A DNA stretch of 64,000 nucleotides, taken from Podarcis melisellensis. Taxonomy: Eukaryota. Positions 47,897 through 60,540 of this stretch are shown here, in pieces; the first letter of the stretch is position 1, and each line of letters begins with the position of its first letter. The position numbers and the translations under genes were made by a program. Location: assembly GCA_964234715.1 (NCBI GenBank), contig OZ174289.1, one strand, 5' to 3'. The notes below the pieces were generated by a model that had not been told where the DNA came from, ran no database searches, and saw only the letters and a program-made list of their open reading frames with translations.

Positions 47897-48564
47897 GAAT
47901 AGAGGTACCTATCTTATACAAGATCAGACTATTTGGCCCCAATATTGTCTGTTCTGACTAGCTGTGGTTCTGCAGGGTTTCAAGCAGAGAAGGATCCTTC
48001 CCATCAATGTCTACCAGATGCTGTTAATAGGAGATGCCAGACACTGAGGATGGGGCCTTCTGTTGAGTAGCCAACATTGCACATTCCAGATGTGGTGCAC
48101 TCCAACTCCCAGCAACCCCAACCAACATAGCCAATGGTCACTGAACATGGAATCTGTAGGTCAATAACCTCTGGAGGACACAATGTTATCTGTCCCAATT
48201 CTGAATAAAGCATGAACTCTACACCGGTACTATCATTCCTCCCATGTTAATTAATCTGTAATAACTACCAGCCCCCTGAATGCTTACTATTAACAGCTAT
48301 GCTTAGTAATATTAATTAAGTACACATATCCTTTCTCCTATCATAAGAACAAAGAAAGAGCCTTCTAGAACCAACCAAATGGCCCATTTAGTCCAGCACT
48401 CTTCTCTCATGGTGGCCACCCAGATATATATATATATTTATTCATTCATTCATTCATTCATTGCATATGTATACTGGCTTTCCATACCTAAGGTGGTTTA
48501 CAGTTTTAAAGAAAACCAGGTGCCTGTGGGGAGCCTGAAAGCAGGACCCAAGCAGAGATTTGCA

Positions 48565-48740
48565 ACTTAGTGGCAGAGCATATGCTTTTCATGCAGAAAG
48601 TCCCAGGTTCAACCCCTAGCATCTCCAGGTAGGACATGGTGAATTTTTCACCTGAAATATTCAAGAGCCACCACCTGTCAATGTGGACAATGCTGAGTTA
48701 GAATGACCAATTGTCTGATGTGGTACAACCCTATGTTCCA
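48565..48740 (+). mobile_element. Squam2-like SINE
   Basis: agtggcagagcatatgcttttcatgcagaaagtcccaggttcaacccctagcatctccaggtagg. Confidence 0.75.
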
Positions 48741-50689
48741 CAAGAGCACCCTACTCTCATGTGGTTTCTGGCATGGAGGCAGAACACAGCCGCTGATAGC
48801 CACACCTTCAATGAGTTTGTCTAATCCTCTTTTAAAGCCGCCATGGGGAGCAAGGTTGCTCCTGATTAGACTCAGGAAGGTTGCTTCACTACGTGCCTTC
48901 AGAACCAACTGAGGATTTTGCATTTCTGTAACTTCAGAGTTACAGAACTTCAAAACACTCCACAAGCACAAGGGTATCCAATGCTAGGCCTACTCAGAGT
49001 AGACTCATTGATGTTAATGGCCACTACTAACTTAGGTTCATTCATTTCAAAGGGTCTACTCTGGGCAGAGCTTAGTTGGATACAACTCATTTTCTTGTAG
49101 CCTGCACCACAATCCTAGCAGTATTGTCCCCATATTGCAGCTGGGGTGGGGGGTTCAAAGTGACTTGAGAACAGTCACATAGTGGGCCTTATTGCAGAGG
49201 CAAAATCACCAGTGCTGTTAGTCACTATGCCAGTACCTGTAAACCAGTACCTTTGTTTCAAAACACAGGAAGCAGGAACACTAGGAGAACTAGAACATGC
49301 TACAATGTCAGTGCAACTACAAAAATGCTTTATTTGGAATAACTTGCATAAGGGGTAGTGAACCTGTAGCACGCTAAGATGTTGCTGGACTACAACTCCC
49401 CTTGTCCCTGACCATTGGCCATCCTACCTGAGGTTGATGAGAGATGTAGTCCGATAACTTATGCAGGGAAACAGGTTTCCGATGTCTGGCTTTCATGAAA
49501 GGATTTGAGGGCAAAAACGCACCCAAAATGCCTCAGCTGGAATGAATGCGAGCCATGCATAGACACTTGTGAGCAGCTGCACACATTCAATGCAATGGCA
49601 ATGTGCAAGGAAAAGGTGAGAATGCCTTTTTGTTCTCTTTCACAAAGGCAGCAGAACAGTCTGCAAATCCAGATCTGGCTGATAAATAAGGTCATAGTTT
49701 GTTGCTGCTTCTACAAGTAGTAATAGCAACACTGTAACTGATGACTTTTCAGTGCATTCAGCACGCAAACACAACACATTGCATCCTCAGAAAGTGTAGT
49801 AGTTGACCTGCTGGGACTAATTTTTTCAAAGAAGCAGACGAAGTAAGTAACATTGCCTTTTAGCCAAGCTAATTTATGGCTTTGGATTTTCAAAGAGATT
49901 TTTTTATAGACTAACATGCTTCCAGCACCGCTCAAGAGATGGGGCCACGGGGAGTTACAAGCAAGTGGCTGCATGAGCATGTCTGCATGATTTAGGAACA
50001 GTGTCTATTTCCACATCAAGCTGCACTTCCCTGCCTGACCCACCTCTACACCCACCTATCAAGCTTTAGAATTCATGACACCTCCCTGTAGGCTAAAAGG
50101 GTTGGCTTGTGAATGGATCGCATCTTTCAATCAACCCACACGGATCACCTCTGGAAGGAAGTGCATGCTTTAGGGATACCCAAGGCATTGACTATCAGCC
50201 CCTCTGCCCATGCTTCCATGTCATAGCACAAACTGCTCTTGCATGCCTCCCGTTTCAAAATTATTTACTGAATGAGTGAGACTTTCAACAAAATGTAACA
50301 GTGTGCTCCTGCTTAAAGTGGTCAACAGCCAGTCATGCCCTTTCCTAAGCTACTCCATTTCCACTCCTCCCGTTTTCTATTCCCCTGCCACACACGACAG
50401 TCAGCATTTCATATCCACTCAGCATGCTTAGTCGTCACCACTCTGGGTTTGTGTTTTGCTTGGGGTATTTATGCTCCACCACCTTTTTTGGTACTCCTAC
50501 AAACCTTGGAGTTTCCCCAAGCTTCTTGATAGCTCCCTATTGTGCATGGAAGATGAGGTTTTGACTGAAGCACTAGGGTTGCATGCTGAAAAGCCAGTGG
50601 AAATTCTTCTGAAGATCTTAAATATCCACTTGGTCTGTACGGGTTCAGAAAGCAGGCTTCGGAGCTCTGCAGGACTCTAATTGACTTTA

Positions 50690-53600
50690 ATTGCTGTGCA
50701 GGGAAGTGATTTTCCCTTTTCCACTTTTAAACTTATCAATTCACTGAGAACTTATCAGCACTTTCTTATCTATGTTATATGAAACACTCTGGGCAAGTAC
50801 TGTGAGAAGCATCCTGGGCAGGCCGTTAGCTGCTAGCTGTTAATTGCCAGCTCCCTTTTACACTTTGTTTTTTGACTTCCTGGTAGTCATCACAGAGAGA
50901 AGCTCTTCAACAGAATAAACTGCACACTTTTTTCCTTTCCTTTCCTGCTAAGGAATCCTCTCTTTGTTTACTCATCACCGCATTATTATGCCTGCTTGTA
51001 AATGCTACAGGGATACAGAAGAGGCAATCCTTTCACCAGCTCTCAAACAATCAAAAATGGATTTAATAAATCTGTTTTTAGTTTCAACAAAAAAAACCAA
51101 ACGTTTTTCTCCTCTTGAAGTTGATTGTGAACGTGAGGAGAATACTTGGAGTGGGAGTGTAGAACTAGATTCAGCGATGGGGCAAGCTGACTCTCAGCTT
51201 CAAATAGAGGAAGAAATAACAAGTAGGGAAAGCACCAATTAACTTTAATTGCAAGAATGGTTGAACACATCTTCCAACAAATTTGAGGTATCGCCTCCCA
51301 AAAACTCAATTATCCCAAGAGGTCCATAGATTATCTGTTAATAATAAGCAGGTACCAATAGACCACCAAAGCGAAATGGCGTCAACAAGAGTAGACCACT
51401 AAGCTCAACACAGAATGTGTAGAGGTACTTAAAATCAATTTATCTAATCTTTCAACCAAAAAAGATCTGCATGACAATCTGTGGAAGTTCAGATCAAACT
51501 CCTAACTGGAAAGGCGCCCAGCGTGCCAAACGACATCTATCAGACTTACTTGGAATTGGACTTACAGAGATCAATCTAGTTGGGACTGAATCCCTGAATA
51601 CCACAAACCAATTCCAAAAAATCATGTTAACTTTTTCCTCTACCAGACTGCCCTTACTGATCCACAAGTTGAAACCCAGATTGTCAAGCAGAGGAGTTTT
51701 TCCAGCCCGGGTATTTCTCAATTCTATTGTTGTGCCCTTATGCAAGATGAGGACTGGGCTACAAAGCGACCCATAAAACCAAAGCCTGGATCTCCAATGG
51801 AAGAAATGACATCGCAAACAAACTTGATAAGCTGGGAGGAAACAGACATGCCCAAGTTGAATCCACAGAATCATGCTCAGCATCAGTATTATCCCTTGGA
51901 AGATGATTTCCTCAACTCCTTTAGGAACCTCTCTCAGGAAAAGCAACAAACAGTTATAAAGAGGCTTGACCTTATGAGCCAGACATTGAAAGAGAACAAA
52001 GAATCGGAGGTAAAGACTGACAACAGACCCAGTGTCCATAACTGCTTGATATCTACAAAACCACCGGAGTTCTGGACAAAGATAAGATATTTAGATGAGG
52101 AAGAGTTAGGAACTACGCTTAAGGAATCTCCGCTGGTGAGTAATTTGCAAAGTAAAGATCCAGTGAACACAAATGTGAGCACTTCATGCCCAATGACTGA
52201 AATTATTGAACATCTGGATCACACTACTAATATAAATGATACCCTGTTGCCTCAAAAATTGGCAAACTCTAAAAGCACAATGACCAGCAATTTACTAAGA
52301 GGAAATCACTATAAAACAATCAAACTTTTATCATGGAATATAACAGGGTGGCTGAACAAGATTCAACAAATTGATTTCTGTTCCTATTTACAAACACATG
52401 ATATCATTTTCCTGGAAGAAACCTGGGCAAAAGAAGGTACTACGGTTGAATTACAGGTTTTTACAAGTTACACCCAACCAGCACTTAAAACTGCAAAGCA
52501 TGGAAGGCCTAGCAGGGGGCTGGGGGGGGGCTGGTGTCAACATCTCTTAATGTAATAATTCAACTGTTCCCCTTGCTGACCACCCCTAATTTTTTAGCAT
52601 TGTCCCTCTCTGATAGTCTTCTGAGAAATACTGTATTTGCATGTATATTCCCCCAGTAAAGTCCTGTGGGGAACTGAGTTCATATTGGGAAAGTATACTC
52701 GAAAGTATAGATTCTTTGTCCCCCAACCCTCGGTTTGTCTTGGGGGGGGTGACTTCAATGCCCGGATTGGCCTTCTCTCCCCACAAAATACAATATTATC
52801 TGAACTAAACTTGGAGGACGAACCCGAAATCTGCCAGAGGGCAGCAATGGACACCACCTCTAACTATGCTGGGAAATACCTCTGTGAACTTATAATTAAG
52901 CACAATATTTTGTTATGTAATGGGCATGGACAAGGGAATCAGAGGGAGTATTTTGCTTTAATTTCCCCCGGTAGATTTACTAGCACCATAGATTATATCC
53001 TAACATCTAATAATGTGCCAGTTAATCGAGACACCCTTAGGATAATCCGCAGAGCTGAAAGTGACCACTTTTCCCTAAAATATTGGATGAAACGGAATAT
53101 CTGATACTTGGAAATAGAAGGATAAAATGGAATGCACAGGTCCAGGAAAAAATGATCCACATCCTGGATCCTCATGAGTTTGCTTTATTAAAGGGGGGGA
53201 AATGTTGTTAGAAACAGGAAATGTAATCAGACTGAGAATATAATTAACCGAATGCGCCCACTGATGACCACAACCAATGTGATCAAAAATAAAAAGTTCA
53301 AAAGACAGACATGGTTCAATAAGGAATGTCAGAATAGCAGAAAGTCTATCTAGGGAACTTAGAAAATTGAACTTAAAGCACAATAAGCACAATCTTGCTC
53401 TACCAGCTGAGGTAGCTCAATTACAAAACAGTTATAAACTATTACTTAAAAGTAAGAAACAAATATATTATGAGCAACAGTGGAAAGCACTGGGAGATGC
53501 AGCACTTCAAAAGGACTCAGGGAAATTTTGGTATCTGGTTGCCCAAGGGTACACCAAACTGTATGTTTCTCACTAAACTTTGTACATAATTGTCTATTGT

Positions 53601-55516
53601 ATTATTTAATATTACTTTTAATATATTAGTGGCCCCGTGGTGATATTGGCTTATAAATTTTATTGTCTGATGTTTCAATTTGTATATTAAGGAGTTTCTA
53701 TAGCTTTGTGCAGATTAGGTCATGTTTTGGCAATGCAAATATTTTACGTTTCTGTATCAAACTAGTATATATATTTTTGAGATATGAAAGGAACATTTCG
53801 TACAAAGATTTCCATAATAAAGGACAAAAGTGGAAAGGAAGCAGAAGCAGAAGACATCAAGAAGAGGTGGCAAGAATACACAGAGGAATTATACCAGAAA
53901 GAAATGGATGTCTCGTATACCCCAGGTAGTGTGGTTGCTGACCTTGAGCCAGACATCCTGGAGAGTGAAGTCAAATGGGCCTTAGAAAGCACTGCAAATA
54001 ACAAGGCCAGTGGAAGTGATGGTATTCCAGCTGAACTATTTAAAATTTTAAAAGATGATGCTGTTAAGGTGCTACACTCAATATGCCAGCAAGTTTGGAA
54101 AACTCAGCAGTGGCCAGAAGATTGGAGAAGATCAGTCTACATCCCAATCCCAAAGAAGGGCAGTGCCAAAGAATGCTCCAACTACCGCACAATTGCACTC
54201 ATTTCACACGCTAGCAAGGTTATGCTTAAAATTCTACAAGGAAGGCTCAAGCAGTACGTGGACCGGGAACTCCCAGAAGTGCAAGCTGGATTTAGAAGAG
54301 GCAGAGGAACCAGAGACCAAATTGCAAACATGCGCTGGATTATGGAGAAAGCTAGAGAGTTCCAGAAAGACATCTACTTCTGCTTCATTAATGAAACTAT
54401 GGCAAGATCTTAAAGAAATGGGAGTGCCAGATCACCTCATCTGTCTCCTGAGAAATCTCTATGTGGGACAAGAAGCTACAGTTAGAACTGGATATGGAAC
54501 AACTGATTGGTTCAAAATTGGGAAAGGAGTACGACAAGTCTGTATATTGTCTCCCTGCTTATTTAACTTATATGCAGAATTCATCATGCGAAAGGCTGGG
54601 CTGGATGAATCCCTAGCCAGAATTAAGATTGCCGGAAGAAATATCAACAACCTCAGATATGCAGATGACACAATCTTGATGGCAGAAAATGAGGAGGAAT
54701 TAAAGAACCTTTTATTGAGGGTGAAAGAGGAGAGCGCAAAATATGGTCTGAAGCTCAACATCAAAAAAACGAAGATCATGGCCACTGGTCCCATCACCTC
54801 CTGGCAAATAGAAGGGGAAGAAATGGAGGTAGTGAGAGATTTTACTTTCTTGGGCTCAATGATCACTGCATATGGTGACAGCAGCCACGAAATTAAAAGA
54901 CGCCTGCTTCTTGGGAGAAGGGCAATGACAGGCCTAGACAGCATCTTGAGAAGTAGAGACATCACCTTGCCAACAAAGGTTCGTATAGTTAAAGCTATGG
55001 TTTTCCCAGTAGTGATGTATGGAAGTGAGAGCTGGACCATAAAGAAGGCTGATCGCCAAAGAATTGATGCTTTTGAATTATGGTGCTGGAGGAGACTCTT
55101 GAGAGTCCCATGGACTGCAAGAAGATCAAACCTCTCCATACTGAAGGAAATCAACCCTGAGTGCTCACTGGAAGGACAGATTGTGAAGCTGAGGCTCCAG
55201 TACTTTGGCCACCTCATGAGAAGAGAAGACTCCCTGGAGAAGACCCTGATGTTGGGAAAGATGGAGGGCACAAGGAGAAGGGGGCGACAGAGGACGAGAT
55301 GGTTGGATAGTGTTTTCAAGGTTACCAGCATGAGTTTGACCAAACTGCGGGAGGCAGTGGAGGACAGAGGTGCCTGGCGTTCTCTGGTCCATGGGGTCAC
55401 GAAGAGTCGGACACAACTAAACGACTAAACAACAACAGTATATATTTTATTGAATGACATTGTATGCATTGCAGCAGCCTTTGGCTATAAGCAATAAACT
55501 TGACTGACTGACTGAT
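50690..55516 (+). mobile_element. Degenerate APE-type LINE (RTEX-like), RT deleted, interrupted by Bov-B
   Basis: Frameshifted ORF2 endonuclease motifs KLLSWNITG, DIIFLEETW, GRPSRG, GGDFNARIG, STIDYIL and SDH, then WFNKEC and KFWYLV. ORF1-like remnants lie upstream, and an aataaac(tgac)n tail lies at ~55492-55515. Boundaries are approximate. Confidence 0.65.
53778..55437 (+). mobile_element. Bov-B (RTE) LINE, 5'-truncated, RT region
   Basis: ORFs encode KASGSDGIPAELFK, CSNYRTIALISHASK, QAGFRRGRGTRDQI, NNLRYADD and DAFELWCWRRLLRVPWTARRSN. (CAA)n tail; tatatatttt repeated at 53768-53777 and 55439-55448. Confidence 0.93.
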
Positions 55517-55779
55517 TTGGTCTGAACAGGGCAGTGTGTGCAGATCTGCCAGGTATTCCATAGGCATCTGATAGGACATTGTGAGAACAGGGTGCTGAAT
55601 TAAATGGGCCACTGGTCTGATCCAGCAGCCTCTTATTCAAAGCACATGACCTCCCTCCAAGAATCCTGGGATTTTAAAAGGTGCTGGAATTGAGGTTCTG
55701 TGGGAGGTAAACTACAGTTCCCAGGGTTCTTTGGGGGAAATCAAGTGTTTTAAATGTGTTTTGGAGTCCCTAATATAGT

Positions 55780-56306
55780 TGGATGGTGCCTTGTGCTCCT
55801 CCTTCTGGCAACTCCTGAAGCCAAGCTGATGCCAAACATACTGAAAGGATGGGACCAGCAGTGGGTCCAAAGGTTCAATGATCAAGAAGGTGGTTTTTGC
55901 ACAAGCTGTGGAGGGAAGTGAGGGACAGGTGGGGCTCCTCAACCTGGGAAGGTAGCCCATCGAGGAGAACTCTGATCCTAAACCTCCGCTACCTTGCTGG
56001 ATAACTTTGGAAGAAGAAAAGGCTAAGGAGCAAACTCTACACAAATCCAGAGTGAAGTTCCTGGATGCCCTTGTATGCCTCCTTCTAGTAACTCCTGCAG
56101 CCAAGTTGGTGCTATTGCTCTTCTTTTCTTTGGACCACATCAGCAAGACTAAGAGTAGGGTCTTGTCATCTGGGCAGCCCAGGACCTCCATAAACACTGC
56201 CCAGGTTTGTGCCCTGAGGTCACTTTGGTAATGCTAAGGTAGCTGTTTGACCTCACCCCCAGAGCTGCACTTCATTGTCTTTCAAGACAGACAGATGTCA
56301 ACAACA
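55780..56306. mobile_element. RTE-related non-autonomous retroelement (second copy)
   Basis: Inverted homology to 43476-44255; ends in caacaac. Confidence 0.55.
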
Positions 56307-57300
56307 AAGGTACTTCAGATGTATGTTGTGTTAGCAGCCCATGAGTTTGATACAAGAATATAGGATGGAACTACTTTAACTCCTGGCTTTTTGTCCATTG
56401 ATTTCAGTCTAGTATTTTCCTCATCACCTGAGATGCACCCAGCCACTTCTTTCTTCTCCAAGTTGCCGACACACTGCTTGTCTTTGCCCTTCACTTCAAG
56501 AGCTCCTCAGACACTGTTTTGAGCCCTGTTTGTTTAACCGACACTGACTTAGATTCAATATGATGCTTGTAACCTGGAGGTGAAAGGCTCTAGATCCCAT
56601 TACACTACCCATGACCTCATTCTGTAGGGTGACCTACCAGAAACAGTTGATATCTATCTTGACATGTATTGTTATCTGATGCACCACCTCTTGAGGTGAT
56701 CTTTCCATATTGCCAGGTCAGATAGGCTCATGCATGTCACCACCGAGAATGTTTTAAAGGACTGTTATCTACGTAGTTACAGCTATTTGGTCCAGAGAGG
56801 TCAAGTCCCACCAGAAAGGTCTGCTGGAGCAGTGGTGGCAGCTTAAGAGAATTTCAACAAGGTCATATAATTTCACATCTTTGTTCACCAAGTGCACTGA
56901 CTGAGGTGGGCCCAGAAAATGCGACTCTTTAATTATGTAACAGAATCTGTTTACTGCTTAACTGTATAAACCACACATGAATTCAAATGATCAACAAAAG
57001 TAAGATGTTTAAAGCAAGCTGGCCAAACACACACACACAAAAACAAAACCCCACAACCCAAAATACAAATTAGTTCAGCTGTTAAAATACATGCATTATA
57101 TATGCTAAATACATATTTAAACGCATGCAAATATATATTAAGACGCATGCCAAATACATACTACAATGTACATGTCTGGTTAGCCTGGCCTATACCAAAA
57201 GGTTTTTAGCAGACATGGAAAACAGTGCCATGTAAGAGCTCCAGAGGAGCTGCCACACTGGAAGATCAGTTCATTCCAAGTGTGGAAAACATGTGTAAGA

Positions 57301-57649
57301 TAAAGGTAAAGGGACCCCTGACCATTAGGTCCAGTCACGGATGACTCTGGGGTTGCAGCGCTCATTTCGCTTTATTGGCCGAGAGAGCCAGCATACAGCT
57401 TCCGGGTCATGTGGCCAGCATGACTAAGCCGCTTCTGGTGAACCACAGCAGCGCACGGAAATGCTATTTACCTTCCCGCCAGAGTGGTACCTATTTATCT
57501 ACTTGCACTGGTGTGCTTTCAAACTGCTAGGTTGGCAGGAGCAGGGACCAAGCAACAGGAGCTCACTCCGTCGTGGGGATTTGAACAGCCAACCTTCTGA
57601 TCAGCAAGCCCTAGGCTCTGTGGTTTAACCCACAGTGCCACCCGCATCC
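57301..57649 (-). mobile_element. Sauria SINE, full length
   Basis: taaaggtaaagggacccctgaccattaggtccagtc ... ggtttaacccacagtgccacccgcatcc; imperfect TSD tggaaa(a/g)catgtg. Confidence 0.9.
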
Positions 57650-58405
57650 TGGAAAGCATGTGCACTAGCACAAAATGCTGTGGCCTGACTGGTCACAGGG
57701 GCAAACAGTTGCCATCATATTGTACAGGGCCAGGGCAGAAACTGGGTAGGGTGAGGCTGCTGCCTCAGACAGCAGAAGCCCTTGAGGGGGTGTCCCCATG
57801 GGTGCCTCCACTGGCAGAGGAAAAGGCATGCGGGGGGAGCACACCACCCTCGACAGCACAATCCCGGTGGGGTGCCATCGCTGCTGCCACGCCCCTGGGA
57901 CATGTGCCAGCCCCATCCCCGCCTGCTCTCCACCCCCCGGTGCCGGAGCCTGAAGCTCCACCACTGGGCATCTCATCTGCCCAGCAGCATCTGCAGAGGA
58001 GTGATGCTGGCATCGATGGCAATTTCTAGTGAGATGTTGCTAATTTCCAGCAAGAAATGTGAGAATGATAAGGAACATATCAGAGAGTAAACCCTTTTAA
58101 ACTCAGTGGGATTTAATTCTGAGTAAAAATGCTTAGGAATGCAGTGCAAGGCTACACAGTCTTTACCCAGTTACCTGGGAGTAAGCTCCATTGAATTCAG
58201 TGGGACTAACTTCTAAGGAGACATGTAAGGCTTGCAGTGTAAGGATCTTATTTACAATAAAGGAATAAATACTCCACACGTTTCCTTTAAAAATTGCTGG
58301 CTGCTGTAGCATTGCAATTAAATAATTTAAAGTGGATTGGTTACACTTTCCTTCAAAATTACAGGAAGAACTTTACCATTTCCTTCATTTTTGCATGCAC
58401 ATGCG

Positions 58406-58436
<31 letters not shown>

Positions 58437-59400
58437 GCCCCTTTTAATTGTTCTCCAAGACATGAAGGGGAAGGAAATAGGAAAAGTGGAACATTCCAGG
58501 GTCAAATCAGAAACTGGGATGGCTTCTGTAATTCCGGGACGGTCCTTAGAAGCTTTGCAATTTGATTCAGACTCCAGCCAAATCCGGTGCACAGCCCTAG
58601 TTTCCAGACACCTCACCTTCTCTGGGCATGCTCTAGTTTGTCAACTAAAAGCAATTAGTTGCTCTGGAGCACTTGTGCTGCCTTTTTAGGTTTTGTTAAA
58701 GAAAAACATGTGCAAGCACCCCGAGGCCACAGAGGTGCAAAATCAATTTCTGCTATTTTCTATTTGGACTCCCATCTGTCAGAAAATAGGGTGAAAGCAA
58801 TAATAATTCCTTATAGATTGGAACACCTGAGAGGAGGAGGAGGGGGGAGGTACAAGGGAAGGATCAAGAAAGTAGCCCAAATACAGTCTCAAATGCAAAT
58901 TAAAATTAGGGTGCTCTTTCACACTTGGCCCAACAGCTGAGCCTTGCTGATTGTCGGCTGCATGTCTCTGGTTCTGGATGTGTGATTTGTGTGCCTAGAG
59001 TGAATGGTTGCAGAGTAAACGCCCACTCTGCTGACTCCATATTTAATCATGAGAAACAATGTCAGATGGTTGCACTGTGCTCCTAGTAAGCCCTTTGATG
59101 TCCTACTTGTTTTGCTCCATTGAAGCAGTAGGTGGCTAGATTATTCTGAGAACACAAGAATGCAGGAATTGCCTTGTGAGATGGGACTGAGAGCCCACCT
59201 AGTCCACTGCGTTGTTGCCAACTGCAGCAGCCAGGAACTCGCAAGCAAACCATGAAGGTGATGCCCTTTCCTTAATGTTTGTCTGGTAACCAGAGGCATA
59301 CTGCCTCTGAACATGCCAGTTCCATTATTCAAGGGCATAGTGCTTGAAGCAGGAACTATTCTTCAACGGCAGACAGGATATTTCTGCCATCCTGGTTAAA

Positions 59401-59771
59401 CCAGTAATGGGAAACATTTTTCAGCCTGAGGGCCACATTCCCTTCTTGGCAACCTTCTGGGGGCCACATGCCAGTAGGAGACATGTCCAGAGGTAAAAGT
59501 GGGCAGAACAACAAATGCATTCCTCCCCCTCCTCTGTACAGTAAATTATTTTCCACACATACTCACTCTCTATCGTCCACCCAGCCAAGTAAGAGGCATT
59601 ATCAGAGTCTGAGGGCAAATTGCAGCCAGGCAAAAACACTAAGAAGGTGCAAAGCAAGGCTGGTTGTGTCTGAGTCTGAGGAGGGTTGTGACCTAGAGAA
59701 AGTCCTGAGTGCCAGCTAGAGAGATCTGGAGGGCCACATTTGGCCTCTGGGCCTCAGGTTCCCCACCTCTG
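59401..59771. mobile_element. hAT/Charlie-like non-autonomous transposon
   Basis: cagtaatgggaaacatttttcagcctgagggccacattccc ... gggccacatttggcctctgggcctcaggttccccacctctg. Confidence 0.65.
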
Positions 59772-59792
59772 AGATGAAGTGACCATTTAGCA

Positions 59793-59928
59793 CAGTGCTC
59801 CCCAAACTTGGGTCTCCAGCTGCTTTTGGACTACAACTCCCACCATCCCTAGCTAGCAGGACAAGTGGTCAGGAATAATGGGAACTGTAGTCCCACAACA
59901 GCTGGAGACCCAAGTTTGAGAAATGCTG
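59793..59928. mobile_element. Palindromic hAT MITE with 8-bp TSD
   Basis: Arms caaacttgggtctccagctg / cagctggagacccaagtttg; flanks atttagca / gtttagca. Confidence 0.85.
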
Positions 59929-60074
59929 GTTTAGCATATGACGAGCAGAACCTTTGGCCAAGAACTTGGAGAACTACTGCCAGATAGAGTATGCAACACT
60001 GAACTGGATGAACAAATAATCTGGCATATTGTTAAACCATTCAGCTATAATGGCTAGCAGCCTTTGGCTAGGGT

Positions 60075-60540
60075 GACCCTTACATGTTCTTAAAGCCATC
60101 AAACTTTATTGACTTGTACAATCGCCTTACCCCATATATGCCTACTCAGCCACTTCTGTATGTGGAACTGGCAGGGTTATAGGTGTGATATCATACTCAT
60201 TCAGCACCTGTAAGAAATCCATCTCTTATTGTGGCAGCTCTTACCCTTTGGAACTCCTTGCCTATTGACGATAGGCAGACGCTTTCACTGTACTCTTTTC
60301 TGCACCTGCTTAAAACATGTTTGTTTAGTCAAGCCTACCAAGACACATAGAATATTGACATCTGTTTAATCTCTTTTTCCTTGCTGTTGATTTTTAACCC
60401 TCTTTTGAATATTTAGAAATACCTGCTTTTAACTGTATTTGAATGGTAATTTCAATGCTTCTGCAGTTTTTTTGTAACTGACTTAAGAGTTTTTATTATT
60501 TAATCAAGCAGTGTATAAATCTTGATACATAAAAATAAAC
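60075..60540 (+). mobile_element. L2 LINE 3' fragment
   Basis: gtggcagctcttaccctttggaactccttgcct...cttaaaacatgtttgttt (LWNSLP...LKTxLF) and an L2-like tail aagcagtgtataaat...aataaa. Confidence 0.65.

Noticed and set aside
54459-55400. 313-aa minus-strand ORF
   Set aside because: Antisense frame of the Bov-B RT region.
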